From assembly GCA_965261965.1 (NCBI GenBank), contig OZ253489.1:130969-194968 (forward strand): a stretch of DNA of 64,000 nucleotides, in the 5' to 3' direction. The stretch comes from Dehalococcoidia bacterium (GTDB lineage Bacteria > Chloroflexota > Dehalococcoidia > Lucifugimonadales > JAGWBF01). Within the stretch, counting starts at the first letter, position 1. Each line of letters begins with the position of its first letter. The position numbers and the translations under genes were made by a program. Below, in pieces: positions 9,315 to 18,370 of this stretch. The notes beneath the pieces were generated by a model that was not told the origin of the DNA, ran no database searches, and saw nothing but the letters and a program-made list of their open reading frames with translations.

Positions 9315-10470
9315 TTAAGAGGAGAGTCCGTTGCTTCGAAGAGTCCCCCATGTCGCCGGGATTTTAGATTCCTCACTGCGTTCGGAATGACATAAAGGGG
9401 GCTGATCCTCAGAATGACGGTGGAGAATGGTCATCCCGCCTTCCCCCATTGCCATTCCCCATTCCCCCCTGTCATTCCCGGGAGCGCCTCCCCCCCTGTC
9501 ATTCCGAGGAGCGCCTTCCCCCCCTGTCATTCCGAGGAGCGCACGACGAGGAATCTGAGATGCCTCCTTAAGAGGAGAGTCCGTTGCTTCGAAGAGTCCC
9601 CCATGTCGCCGGGATTTTAGATTCCTCACTACGTTCGGAATGACAGGGGGGGAAGGCAGAATGACAGGGGGGAATTGTCATTCCGAGGCCCCACTGTCAT
9701 TCCGAGGGGCGCCCTCCCCCTCTGTCATTCCGAGGAGCGCACGACGAGGAATCTAAGATGCCTCCTTAAGAGGAGAGTCTGTGGCTTCGAAGAGTCCCCT
9801 ATGTCGCCGGGATTTTAGATTCCTCACTGCGTTCGGAATGACAGGGGGGCACTCGGAATGACAATTCCCCCCTGTCATTCTGCCTTCCCCCCCTGTCATT
9901 CCCAGGAGCCCTTCCCCCCCTGTCATTCCGAGGAGCGCCTCCCCCCTGTCATTCCGAGGAGCGCACGACGAGGAATCTGAGATGCCTCCTAAGAGGAGAG
10001 TCCGTTGCTTCGAAGAGTCCCCCATGTCGCCGGGATTTTAGATTCCTCACTGCGTTCGGAATGACAGGGGGGCACTCGGAATGACAATCCCCCCCTGTCA
10101 TTCTGCCTTCCCCCCCTGTCATTCCCAGGAGCCCTTCCCCCCTGTCATTCCGAGGAGCGCACGACGAGGAATCTAAGATGCCCCTTAAGAGGAGAGTCCG
10201 TTGCTTCGAAGAGTCCCCCATGTCGCCGGGATTTTAGATTCCTCACTGCGTTCGGAATGACAGTGGAGGGGTTCGGAATGACATAAAGGGGGGTGCTTCT
10301 TAGAATGACATAAAGGGGGGGGCTTCTTAGAATGACACAAAGGGAGGGGCTTCTTAGAATGACACAAAGGGAGGGGCTTCTTAGAATGACAATAGTTGGA
10401 GGGGTTCGGAATGACGGTGGGAGAGGGCCCGCGGCGTGACGGTAAGGAAGAGAGGGGGGCCGCAGCATGA
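9315..10470 (-). repeat. Family A array 2, part right of the IS1380 insertion
   Basis: Remainder of the interrupted copy (9320-9391), then copies at 9526-9644, 9724-9842, 9948-10065 and 10144-10261, all in reverse orientation. About five 30-bp CTTCTTAGAATGACA-type sub-repeats follow at 10262-10420. Confidence 0.85.
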
Positions 10471-10538
10471 CAACAGGGGGGAGGGCGACTGGCTGAACGC
10501 CTCAGTACGTCTGAACGGTTATCCACCACCTTTGGTCG

Positions 10539-10565
10539 TTGCATGTACGGGCGAGGTGATATAAT
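10539..10565 (+). promoter_or_regulatory. Candidate promoter with extended -10 for htpX
   Basis: TTGCAT (10539-10544), 15 nt, then TGaTATAAT (TG at 10557-10558, TATAAT at 10560-10565). Confidence 0.4.
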
Positions 10566-10583
10566 GAATGCGGTCTTTCCATT

Positions 10584-10671
10584 CTAGGATCCAGCATAAG
10601 AGGAAGCTGAAATTGAATACCGTCAAGCTAGGATCCGGCATAAGAGGAAGCTGAAATTGAATACCGTCAAG
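10584..10671 (+). repeat. 44-bp tandem duplication of the htpX translation start region
   Basis: CTAGGATCCRGCATAAGAGGAAGCTGAAATTGAATACCGTCAAG occurs twice (10584-10627, 10628-10671). Each copy carries the RBS-like AAGAGGAAG, the TTG start and five codons. Confidence 0.85.
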
Positions 10672-11565
10672 ACCTTCGTCCTGATGCTCGTTATGAGTGG
10701 CCTACTGTTATTGGCAGGGCTTCTGACGTATGGCATTACCGGCGTTATAGTTGCTGCTGCTGTGGCTATGGGCCTGAACTTCTTTGCCTACTGGAACAGC
10801 GATAAAATCGCTTTGAAAATGGCTCATGCCAAGTTGGTTTCCTACGAGGAAGACCGGGAGTTGCACCAGATCGTTGAAGAGCAGGTGCGGCGGGCAGCGA
10901 TACCGATGCCCAAGGTGTACGCGATCGAAGATGCTTCTCCCAACGCTTTTGCCACCGGACGCAACCCCGCCAATGCCACCATAGCAGTAACCACCGGCAT
11001 CCGGCGTTTGCTGAACCGAGAAGAGCTCGGCGGTGTGATCGCTCACGAGTTGGCTCATGTCGGGAACCGCGATACCCTGATAATGTCCATGGTCGCCACC
11101 ATGGCGATGGCTATCAGCCTCATTGCTATCGCAGCCCAGTTTGCAATGTGGTTCGGTGGGTTTGGCCGCGGCCGTGGCGGTGGAGGCGGCAGCGGCGTGA
11201 TGATCGGCATCATTGGGCTGTTGGTCGTGGCCATAGTGCTGCCAATAGTTGCTTCCATGGTGCGCTTGTCCATCTCCAGGGCTAGGGAATTCCAAGCTGA
11301 TGCTACCGGCGCCCGCACATCGGGTAATCCAAACGCGCTGGCCAGTGCTTTGGAGAAGCTGGAAATGGGCACTGGTCGTCAGGCGATGGAGGTGAACAAC
11401 GCCATAGCTCACCTATACATAGTCAACCCCCTGAAGGGGCAACACACAGGAGACCATCAGGTCAGCGCCCTGGGCGGTGGCGGGGGCTTGTCCCGGCTGT
11501 TTTCCACCCATCCACCAATCTCCGAAAGAGTACGGCGGCTGAGAAACATGCGGTCGGATTGGTAG
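10657..11565 (+). CDS. htpX: Zinc metalloprotease HtpX (peptidase M48)
   Basis: 302 aa with a TTG start. HELAHV zinc motif, four hydrophobic segments and a Gly-rich loop. Confidence 0.9.
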   Translation: MNTVKTFVLMLVMSGLLLLAGLLTYGITGVIVAAAVAMGLNFFAYWNSDKIALKMAHAKLVSYEEDRELHQIVEEQVRRAAIPMPKVYAIEDASPNAFATGRNPANATIAVTTGIRRLLNREELGGVIAHELAHVGNRDTLIMSMVATMAMAISLIAIAAQFAMWFGGFGRGRGGGGGSGVMIGIIGLLVVAIVLPIVASMVRLSISRAREFQADATGARTSGNPNALASALEKLEMGTGRQAMEVNNAIAHLYIVNPLKGQHTGDHQVSALGGGGGLSRLFSTHPPISERVRRLRNMRSDW

Positions 11566-11575
11566 AGAGATAGCT

Positions 11576-12523
11576 TTGGATTCCAAGGTTGTTCTGGTAA
11601 CGGGCGGAGCGGGCTTCATCGGTTCTCACCTAGTGGATAAGCTGCTTTCTTTGGGCCACCGGGCAGTGGTCGTCGATGACCTCAGCACCGGGCGGCTCCA
11701 AAACCTGAACAAGGGGGCAGTTTTCTACCACACCAACATCAACCACCCTTCTGTCGAAGAGATCATCGAACATGAGCAACCGGACATCATCGCCCATCAT
11801 GCTGCTCAGATCAGCGTAGCCGAATCGGTGAAGGACCCTGTCCACGATGCTGAAATCAACATACAAGGCACCCTGCGGCTGATAGAGCTTTCCCGGCGTT
11901 ATGGTATCGGCAAGTTCATCTTTGCTTCCTCAGGAGGCACTCTCTACGGGGAACCTGAGGAGAACCCATGCACCGAACAACACCCCGTCCAGCCGTTATC
12001 ACCCTATGGGCTTTCCAAGTTCTCAGCCGAACGATACTTGGAGATGTACTACCATATCTACCGGCTGAACTATGTAACCCTACGCTATGGCAATGTGTAC
12101 GGCCCCAGGCAATCTCCCCACGGTGAAGCAGGCGTCATCGCCATATTTGCCAAGGCGATGTTGGAGGGCAAGCAGCCCAAGATCTACGGGACCGGCACAC
12201 AGGAGCGGGACTTCGTCTATGTCGATGATGTGGTTGATGCCAACATCGCAGCAATGGAAGAAGGGCAGGGAGAATACAACGTGGGGACGGGCCGCGCCAC
12301 ATCGGTAACCCAGATCTTCGAAATGCTAAAAACCATTGTGAAATACAAGTGGGGTCCTACCTACGGACCCTCGCGCCCCGGCGAGGTGTTTAGCATTAGC
12401 TTGGATAGCTCCAAGCTGCAAAAGGAGATGGGCTGGGGCCCCCAACTCACTTTGGAAGAAGGCCTTGCCCTGACGGTTGAATATTTCCGCGGTCCCAACC
12501 GGGACTCCAACGTGGAAAGGTGA
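11576..12523 (+). CDS. NAD-dependent epimerase/dehydratase (UDP-glucose 4-epimerase-like extended SDR)
   Basis: 315 aa with a TTG start. GGAGFIGSH Rossmann motif and YGLSK (YxxxK) catalytic motif. Confidence 0.85.
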   Translation: MDSKVVLVTGGAGFIGSHLVDKLLSLGHRAVVVDDLSTGRLQNLNKGAVFYHTNINHPSVEEIIEHEQPDIIAHHAAQISVAESVKDPVHDAEINIQGTLRLIELSRRYGIGKFIFASSGGTLYGEPEENPCTEQHPVQPLSPYGLSKFSAERYLEMYYHIYRLNYVTLRYGNVYGPRQSPHGEAGVIAIFAKAMLEGKQPKIYGTGTQERDFVYVDDVVDANIAAMEEGQGEYNVGTGRATSVTQIFEMLKTIVKYKWGPTYGPSRPGEVFSISLDSSKLQKEMGWGPQLTLEEGLALTVEYFRGPNRDSNVER

Positions 12524-12526
12524 ACG

Positions 12527-13465
12527 ATGCAACATCCTCCAAGCCAAGCCGACTATGATGTGGCAATCATAGGAGGAGGAGCGGCAGGTCTTAGCGCTGC
12601 CATATACGCCTCCCGTGCTGCCTTGAAAACTCTGATCCTTGACGGTATCGGATGCGGTGGGCAGATCCTTACCACAGATGTGATCGAGAACTACCCAGGA
12701 TTCCCCGAAGGCGTCAAGGGCCCCGACCTGTCCATTGCTATGTGCACCCAAGCTCAGAAGTTTGGGGCTGTCATGGAACATGAGCAGGTGCTGAACGTAT
12801 CGGCCATAGACCAAACGGTAAAGCTAATATCGACGGATTCGGGCACGATTGGTGCCAAAGCCCTGATAATTACCGCCGGAGGTTCGCCCAACAAGCTGGC
12901 TGTTCCGGGGGAGTATGAGTTCACAGGAAGGGGCGTTTCTTATTGTGCCGTCTGCGATGGAAACTTCTTTCGAGGTCAGGATGTTGCGGTTGTTGGGGGT
13001 GGCGATGCAGCCCTTGATGAAGGACTATATCTTAGCAACCTTGTGAACCGGGTAACGCTAATACACCGGCGAGACCAATTGAGGGGGAAACCCATATCCC
13101 AAGAGCGGGCAAAAGAAAACCCCAAGTTCAATTTTTTGTATAGCCATGTTGTCGAAGAGGTTCTGGGAAATGGAGAGGTCAAAGCGGTCAAGGTAAGAAA
13201 TCTGAAAACCGATGAAGCTTATCTATACCCAACCGCCGGAGTCTTCATCTACGTCGGGTTCCACTCCAACATCAGCTTCTTGGAAGGCCAGCTGCCCGCC
13301 GACGAAGGTGGGCACATCTACACCAACATCGACATGGAAACCCAACATCCCGGAGTGTATGCTGCTGGCGACATCCGGGCCTCCTCTTTTCGACAGCTAG
13401 GCACAGCTGTAGGAGATGGTATCACCGCTGCTTTGGCAGCTTACCGTTATCTCGGCGAAAGCTAA
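12527..13465 (+). CDS. trxB: Thioredoxin-disulfide reductase
   Basis: 312 aa. IIGGGAAG FAD motif, redox-active CAVCDG, second dinucleotide motif VVGGGDAA. Confidence 0.9.
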   Translation: MQHPPSQADYDVAIIGGGAAGLSAAIYASRAALKTLILDGIGCGGQILTTDVIENYPGFPEGVKGPDLSIAMCTQAQKFGAVMEHEQVLNVSAIDQTVKLISTDSGTIGAKALIITAGGSPNKLAVPGEYEFTGRGVSYCAVCDGNFFRGQDVAVVGGGDAALDEGLYLSNLVNRVTLIHRRDQLRGKPISQERAKENPKFNFLYSHVVEEVLGNGEVKAVKVRNLKTDEAYLYPTAGVFIYVGFHSNISFLEGQLPADEGGHIYTNIDMETQHPGVYAAGDIRASSFRQLGTAVGDGITAALAAYRYLGES

Positions 13466-13491
13466 CCTACCCCGACAGCGCCAGCTTCCTC

Positions 13492-14292
13492 CTACACTCT
13501 CGCTGCCTCTCTTACTAACAAGGTGATGCTGGCTATCACAATCACGATCAACACCACCTGCCGTAGCTTGCCATCATCAATGTAACGCACCAGCCAAGAT
13601 GCAATTCCCACCCCCAGCAGCACGATTGGAGCCATCTTGAGGACCAGCCCAATCCGCTCTTCTGTGTAGAAGCCCATTGCTCCGTACATGGCGACTGCTG
13701 CTACGGCCACCACCAAAGAAAAGAAAGCTATCGATGATCTTATAGTGCTGCCAGCCCACTTTTGATTGACCAGATGAAGGACCACCAAGGGTGTCCCCAC
13801 ACCCATCCCGGTAACCAGCAGAGCACCTAAAAACCCGAAGAAGGGCGTTGTGAACCAGGTCCGGCTGAAGGGCCGTTCCACACGCAGGGCCATAGGTAAG
13901 ACCAGTGCAAGAATGAGAACCGCGATACCAACACGCAGACCTCCGGGACTCGCAGAATTCAGGATCAGTACGCCGATGGGTACACCTGCCACCCCGGCAA
14001 CCGCCATAGGCAGAACCTGCTTGAAGGGCAGCAGATGCTTGGTGCGGAAGAGGACCACTCCCAGAATAGGAATGGTCAAGCTATTTATGGCGACCACCAC
14101 AGTGCGGGGTTCCAGAATCAGAAGAAGCAGGGGCGACAGCACCATTCCAAAACCGAAGCTAACCAGCCCCATAACCATGGAGCCAACAAAACCCACCAGC
14201 AACGCCAGCATCAGTTCCAGGCCTGAGAGCAACCGGATATCCTGCTTTCTGAAACCGCGGTTCAGCGCTGTTTCTTCCGACCTCGGAAACAA
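13492..14292 (-). CDS. TauE/SafE-family (sulfite exporter-like) membrane protein
   Basis: 266 aa, highly hydrophobic with about 7-8 predicted helices and a Gly/Val/Leu-rich composition typical of TauE/SafE. The true start may be an internal Met. Confidence 0.7.
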   Translation of the reverse strand: MFPRSEETALNRGFRKQDIRLLSGLELMLALLVGFVGSMVMGLVSFGFGMVLSPLLLLILEPRTVVVAINSLTIPILGVVLFRTKHLLPFKQVLPMAVAGVAGVPIGVLILNSASPGGLRVGIAVLILALVLPMALRVERPFSRTWFTTPFFGFLGALLVTGMGVGTPLVVLHLVNQKWAGSTIRSSIAFFSLVVAVAAVAMYGAMGFYTEERIGLVLKMAPIVLLGVGIASWLVRYIDDGKLRQVVLIVIVIASITLLVREAARV

Positions 14293-14334
14293 GAAAAAGC
14301 GCCGGGTGGCAAGCTCCGTCCTTTCACCCGGCGC
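14291..14334 (-). terminator. Intrinsic terminator downstream of the DUF1501 gene
   Basis: 10-bp perfect stem GCGCCGGGTG (14299-14308) / CACCCGGCGC (14325-14334). On the minus strand it is followed by TTTTTCTT. Confidence 0.6.
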
Positions 14335-14380
14335 GTTTGATACGAAGGTCGTCAGAGCAGGGAAGGTTGGTTGTGCTGCC

Positions 14381-15511
14381 CTAGCTCTTTAGATAATCAA
14401 GTTTTTCGAAGCGTCCACCAACGATGGGCGCTGCATCCAGCCCCAACCAATCTTCCAGCAAGGTCGAATAGAACCCTCTGAAATCGAAGTTGGGGGCTAG
14501 GTCGCCGGTTTGCAGTTCTTCGGGCTTCAAGGAAGGATACTCGCTGTAATGCCCACCTCGCACCGGATCGCCAATGACGAAAGCGACGCCCCCGGCGCCA
14601 TGGTCCGTGCCCGAACCATTGTCATGGACACGGCGTCCGAACTCGGAGAACATCATTAAGACGACATTATCAGCAGCATCGTGCTCTCGTAGGTCCTCAA
14701 AGAAGTCGCTGACTGCGAGGGATACTTCGTTCCATAGCTGTCCATGGACCGGCAGTTGGCTGGCATGGGTATCGAAGCTGGCGTGGGAGGTGTAGAAGAC
14801 CTTGGTCCCCAGATCGGCCAGATGAACCTGGGCAATATCCCGCATCTTCTTACCTATGGAAGAAGGCGCATATTCCACACTTGAAGAGTAACGTTCGGGG
14901 GCTGTGCTGAGTATGTCGGCGCCCATCAGAGCATCCAAGCCAGTCTGACTTAGGTAGTCCATGACATACCCGCTCCCCACGCTGGGAGCGTACATATTGG
15001 CGAATCGACCCAGGGCGGTTTCCCGTTGGTCTGCAGCCATGCCCGAGAGGAGACCGTAGGTAGCTAGGTCTGAGACCGAGGCTACCGAAACCCCCGCCAA
15101 AGCCAATGCTCTGGGTAGTCCGGCGCCAAAGTTCACCGCGGTTAGCACATTTTCCTTGTTGGGATCAAGGTCCCGGACCGCCCTGGCCAACCAGCCTTCG
15201 ACGCCAACCTTATCAGGTTCGCAGGTGTGCCAAATATCCATAGACCGGAAGTGAGAGCGGGGTGAGTTTTCGTACCCGATGCCGTGGATGACCGCCACCT
15301 GGTCTTGGTCCCACAGGTCCTTGATGGGCTTCAAGCTGGGATGAAACCCATACCGGTCGTCCATTGGCATGATCCGGTCTTCGGGCACGTGCACAACCGG
15401 GCGATTATCCCAGTACAAGGGATCGTTGTAGGGGATCACGGTGTTGAGGTAGTCGTTGCCCCCGGTGATCTGCAGTACCACGAGCACCGTGTCTTTTCGG
15501 TCTGATGTCAT
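14381..15511 (-). CDS. DUF1501 (sulfatase-like) domain protein
   Basis: The ORF track gives 14381-15601. The start preferred here is the ATG at 15511 (MTSDRKD...), preceded by GGAGG 5 nt upstream. Motifs ITGGNDYLN and GTDHGAGG. Confidence 0.8.
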   Translation of the reverse strand: MTSDRKDTVLVVLQITGGNDYLNTVIPYNDPLYWDNRPVVHVPEDRIMPMDDRYGFHPSLKPIKDLWDQDQVAVIHGIGYENSPRSHFRSMDIWHTCEPDKVGVEGWLARAVRDLDPNKENVLTAVNFGAGLPRALALAGVSVASVSDLATYGLLSGMAADQRETALGRFANMYAPSVGSGYVMDYLSQTGLDALMGADILSTAPERYSSSVEYAPSSIGKKMRDIAQVHLADLGTKVFYTSHASFDTHASQLPVHGQLWNEVSLAVSDFFEDLREHDAADNVVLMMFSEFGRRVHDNGSGTDHGAGGVAFVIGDPVRGGHYSEYPSLKPEELQTGDLAPNFDFRGFYSTLLEDWLGLDAAPIVGGRFEKLDYLKS

Positions 15512-15830
15512 ATGAACCTCCCTACACCAGGCAATCCTCAATGCGAAGGCACGATCATGCCTGCTGCTCATTGGCCGGCAGGTTGGTCGGAAGCGTCGCA
15601 CCTAAGCACGATTTTAGATTAGCTGCATTCCAGTGTCAAACCGCGGGGGATAGCATAAATTCCCCATGTAAATCGCCGTCTTCACCCGTCGTTCCCGTCA
15701 CCACCGTGCCAAGGCGAGATTCCCAATTAAGCTAGCCGTAACCAGCGAAGAGCGCCGTCTTGATCCGCGAAACAGCTCGTGATAACGCTCGTCCGAATCG
15801 GGTGAGGAATTAAGGTTGGCTTTTGGATGC

Positions 15831-16667
15831 TCAGATTGCCAAATCAAATGGCAAGTCGCTGATGTCGCGCAGTCGGCGGCCAGTCACCAGGGTCCCCAAC
15901 AATTCAGCATCCGAATCACTATCCGAGGCGGCGCCGATCAATTCTCTCAGGGCAAAGTGATAGATGCAGTCGATATCGCCTGTACCATAGGCAAGCGATG
16001 CGATTCGTCCGGGCAGGGGTTCTCCTACGACGACCACTATGTGCGGTGTCTTGCCCTTCCGGTTGCGAACAAGGTTCAAGCCCTCAGTACGTGCGTTTTG
16101 CGAGCGGTCGCTGCGAATCGTCCATTTGCAAGAAACACTGGCATGCATGATACCCACTTGCGAATTCGTGCGCCGCAAAGGGGTATGGACTGCCGTTTCG
16201 TCATCTGCCAACAGGACCTGGTTTTCGTTGATCTTGGAGTCGGGGACCGGTTTTCTGCAAATAACAATGTCGGGCTTTACTATGTAGTCGCCGAAGATGG
16301 TCCGCAGTTCCTCATGCTCATCCAATACCCGTCGCAGGTCTGACAGATGTGTGTATTGCTCATAGTCTCGAATGTTTCTTCCCAAAGAGAATTCCCATTC
16401 GCCCGGACGCAAATGAGGTAGAAGGCCAAAAGCATCGCGCAAAAAGTCCCTTGTCGCCGCCTCGAACTGATGGCCCACTGTTTGCCCTGCCAGTTTTTCG
16501 CCTTTTATCTGAATCCCAATTCTGGCAACAATGCCTTTACCAAGTCTGACGCTTGCAGTGCTTCCGCTATCGGCGTTATTCGGAATCCCGGACGTGGTCT
16601 CACGCAATACATCGCGGCAAATCCGGCGATGATAGGCTCGTCGAAGAGTTTCCATTCTGCCAGCCAT
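15831..16667 (-). CDS. Type II restriction endonuclease, PD-(D/E)xK with S-x-K variant (Cfr10I/NgoMIV/Bse634I-like)
   Basis: The long ORF 15831-17117 is trimmed to the ATG at 16667, because the Arg-rich N-terminal extension overlaps the methylase gene. KPDIVI and VSCKWTIRSDRSQN motifs. The ATG overlaps the methylase TAA (TAATG). Confidence 0.7.
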   Translation of the reverse strand: MAGRMETLRRAYHRRICRDVLRETTSGIPNNADSGSTASVRLGKGIVARIGIQIKGEKLAGQTVGHQFEAATRDFLRDAFGLLPHLRPGEWEFSLGRNIRDYEQYTHLSDLRRVLDEHEELRTIFGDYIVKPDIVICRKPVPDSKINENQVLLADDETAVHTPLRRTNSQVGIMHASVSCKWTIRSDRSQNARTEGLNLVRNRKGKTPHIVVVVGEPLPGRIASLAYGTGDIDCIYHFALRELIGAASDSDSDAELLGTLVTGRRLRDISDLPFDLAI

Positions 16668-18028
16668 TACGACTTCACCAGACCGATCACATACTCTTCG
16701 TGCATACGCTCCTCGATCTGCGAGTACCGCAGGTCGCCCCAACGGGCAGGCATCATCCGTTTGTCTCGGTCGAGGCGGCGAACTCCGATTTCTGCGAGGT
16801 CGAAGCCAGCGCTTGCGCCGATGGCGGCAAGCCCCTTGTGCGTCTCTACGTCGACGCCGCGCAGATTCGAGGTCCCGACGACGATTACTGCCGCCTTGCC
16901 TTGCTTCAGTACCCGCCGCATTTCCGCAATCACGCCGGACATCTCGCCGAAATAACGGCGCAAGCTGGCAGCTTTCTTGGCATCTCGTTCTGTCAGTCTT
17001 GACAATGTCTTTTCGCACTGGTCCGGCAGGTTGTTGTACTCTGTCCCGGATGCGCCGTCGTGTCCCAGGTACTGAGCCCGAATTCTGGAAAGGTCGCTGA
17101 TCTTCCAGCCGAACCACACCAGGGAGAACTTATGGGCCCTCATGTAGTCGATGGCGTTGTTGGCGTATGGCGGCGATGTGATGATCAGATCTACGCTTGC
17201 AGGCGGCAGGCCGGTGTCGGCCGCACCGGCCGCGCGAATTTCTGCATCGCGGTGTAGTTCCCCCAAAGCCATCACGTCGGGCCCCTTTAAAGAAGGGGGC
17301 TTGCCGCTGTCATGCGGCCTGCTCTTGCCGAGAGCGGCCACATTCCGCTCCAGCCGTTTCCCAAACTCCACGAACGCTGAGGCCGGCGTCTTCTTGGGGT
17401 CCCTGTGGGGGCGCGTGTGCGCAAGGTCCCGCGCCAGTGAGACTCCGCCCGACTTGGCGATGATGGTCGAAGAAAACACCACGCGGAGAAATTCTCCAGT
17501 CCCTCCTTTGGGCAACGCTTCGATTCGCTGTAGAATGGCCAGCAATTCCAGCTGCTGTTGTGGCAGGAACCAATAGTCAATGAACTCCGCTGTCTTCGCG
17601 TCGAACCGCAATTCGCAGTCCCGTCGCAGCCTGGGGCCGTCCTCCCGATAATCGGTCCAAGCGGCCTTCAGGACACTTCGCCCAGTTTGCAGGGCAGTTG
17701 ACGGGTCGATGGTTGTCAGCTTGGCTGCTGCGATCATTCTTGCCAGAGGGTCGATGTCACAACCAACGGTGCGTCTGCCCAGCCGCACAGCCTCCACGAG
17801 CGTGGTCCCGGAGCCGAGCATCGGGTCGAAGACAACGTCGTTCGGGCTTGAGAGCTGCGAGATCAGGAATTCCGGTAGTTGGGGTGGAAACTTCGCCGGA
17901 AAGGGGTGCCAAGCATGAGAGCCATAGCTGCCGTTCGAGCCGTGAAAATCCAGATTGGCCCGCAATGCTGCCATGCCCGCCGGGTTCTTACCTCCCGCAT
18001 ACCAAAGAGGCAGCACGCCTTGCGTCAT
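16667..18028 (-). CDS. DNA amino-methyltransferase (N4-cytosine or N6-adenine)
   Basis: 453 aa. Motif I is VFDPMLGSGTT and motif IV is IITSPPY, about 200 aa apart, so the target-recognition region probably lies between them. Confidence 0.85.
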   Translation of the reverse strand: MTQGVLPLWYAGGKNPAGMAALRANLDFHGSNGSYGSHAWHPFPAKFPPQLPEFLISQLSSPNDVVFDPMLGSGTTLVEAVRLGRRTVGCDIDPLARMIAAAKLTTIDPSTALQTGRSVLKAAWTDYREDGPRLRRDCELRFDAKTAEFIDYWFLPQQQLELLAILQRIEALPKGGTGEFLRVVFSSTIIAKSGGVSLARDLAHTRPHRDPKKTPASAFVEFGKRLERNVAALGKSRPHDSGKPPSLKGPDVMALGELHRDAEIRAAGAADTGLPPASVDLIITSPPYANNAIDYMRAHKFSLVWFGWKISDLSRIRAQYLGHDGASGTEYNNLPDQCEKTLSRLTERDAKKAASLRRYFGEMSGVIAEMRRVLKQGKAAVIVVGTSNLRGVDVETHKGLAAIGASAGFDLAEIGVRRLDRDKRMMPARWGDLRYSQIEERMHEEYVIGLVKS

Positions 18029-18223
18029 ACCAGACTCACCTCGTTGGTGATGGTTTTGTGCTCTTGGTGAACATCATAACATGCCCGACTGCCAGCCAGA
18101 CAAGAATCTCATCGAGCTCAAACGAGGTCGCTTCTTCCGTTATGCACGGAATGCGGCCTGATTGAAAGCTGTGATGATGCCTCGTTTCAGTCTGAGCGGG
18201 GGAGAACCTGACGCCTGCTATTG

Positions 18224-18249
18224 GGGGCCGTCCATTCATCGACGGCCCC
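18224..18249. other. Strong hairpin between the R-M pair and the LLM gene
   Basis: GGGGCCGTC (18224-18232), 8-nt loop, GACGGCCCC (18241-18249). There is no U-tract on either strand. Confidence 0.5.
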
Positions 18250-18321
18250 TGAACAGTTACGTGGCAGCCCCCAGTAGCTTCGATGACCGGAACCGCATGG
18301 CCACATAGCATCCACGCTGGA

Positions 18322-18330
18322 TGCTATAAT
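18322..18330 (+). promoter_or_regulatory. Candidate extended -10 element for the LLM gene
   Basis: TGcTATAAT, 41 nt upstream of the ATG at 18371. AAGGAGG RBS at 18354-18360. No convincing -35. Confidence 0.35.
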
Positions 18331-18370
18331 TCCCTTCACCTTGACCTAAACACAAGGAGGCTGTCCGAAG

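Noticed and set aside
9315-10544. Many 60-140-aa ORFs inside the repeat arrays (for example 10185-10544, 9753-10025, 33318-33683, 32887-33321, 2405-2611)
   Set aside because: They are open in several frames on both strands only because the repeats lack stop codons. The peptides are low-complexity reiterations (SFRGAPP, VIPRSA, HSEERT). None has a credible RBS.
16668-17117. 150-aa N-terminal extension of the restriction endonuclease ORF
   Set aside because: It is extremely Arg-rich, overlaps the methylase coding sequence in another frame, and the internal ATG at 16667 forms a TAATG stop-start overlap with the methylase.
18036-18311. 91-aa ORF ending 5 nt upstream of the methylase start, considered as an R-M controller (C) protein
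   Set aside because: No helix-turn-helix pattern is visible and the composition is odd. The ORF spans the strong hairpin at 18224-18249 and the LLM promoter region. Left unannotated, and a profile search could overturn this.
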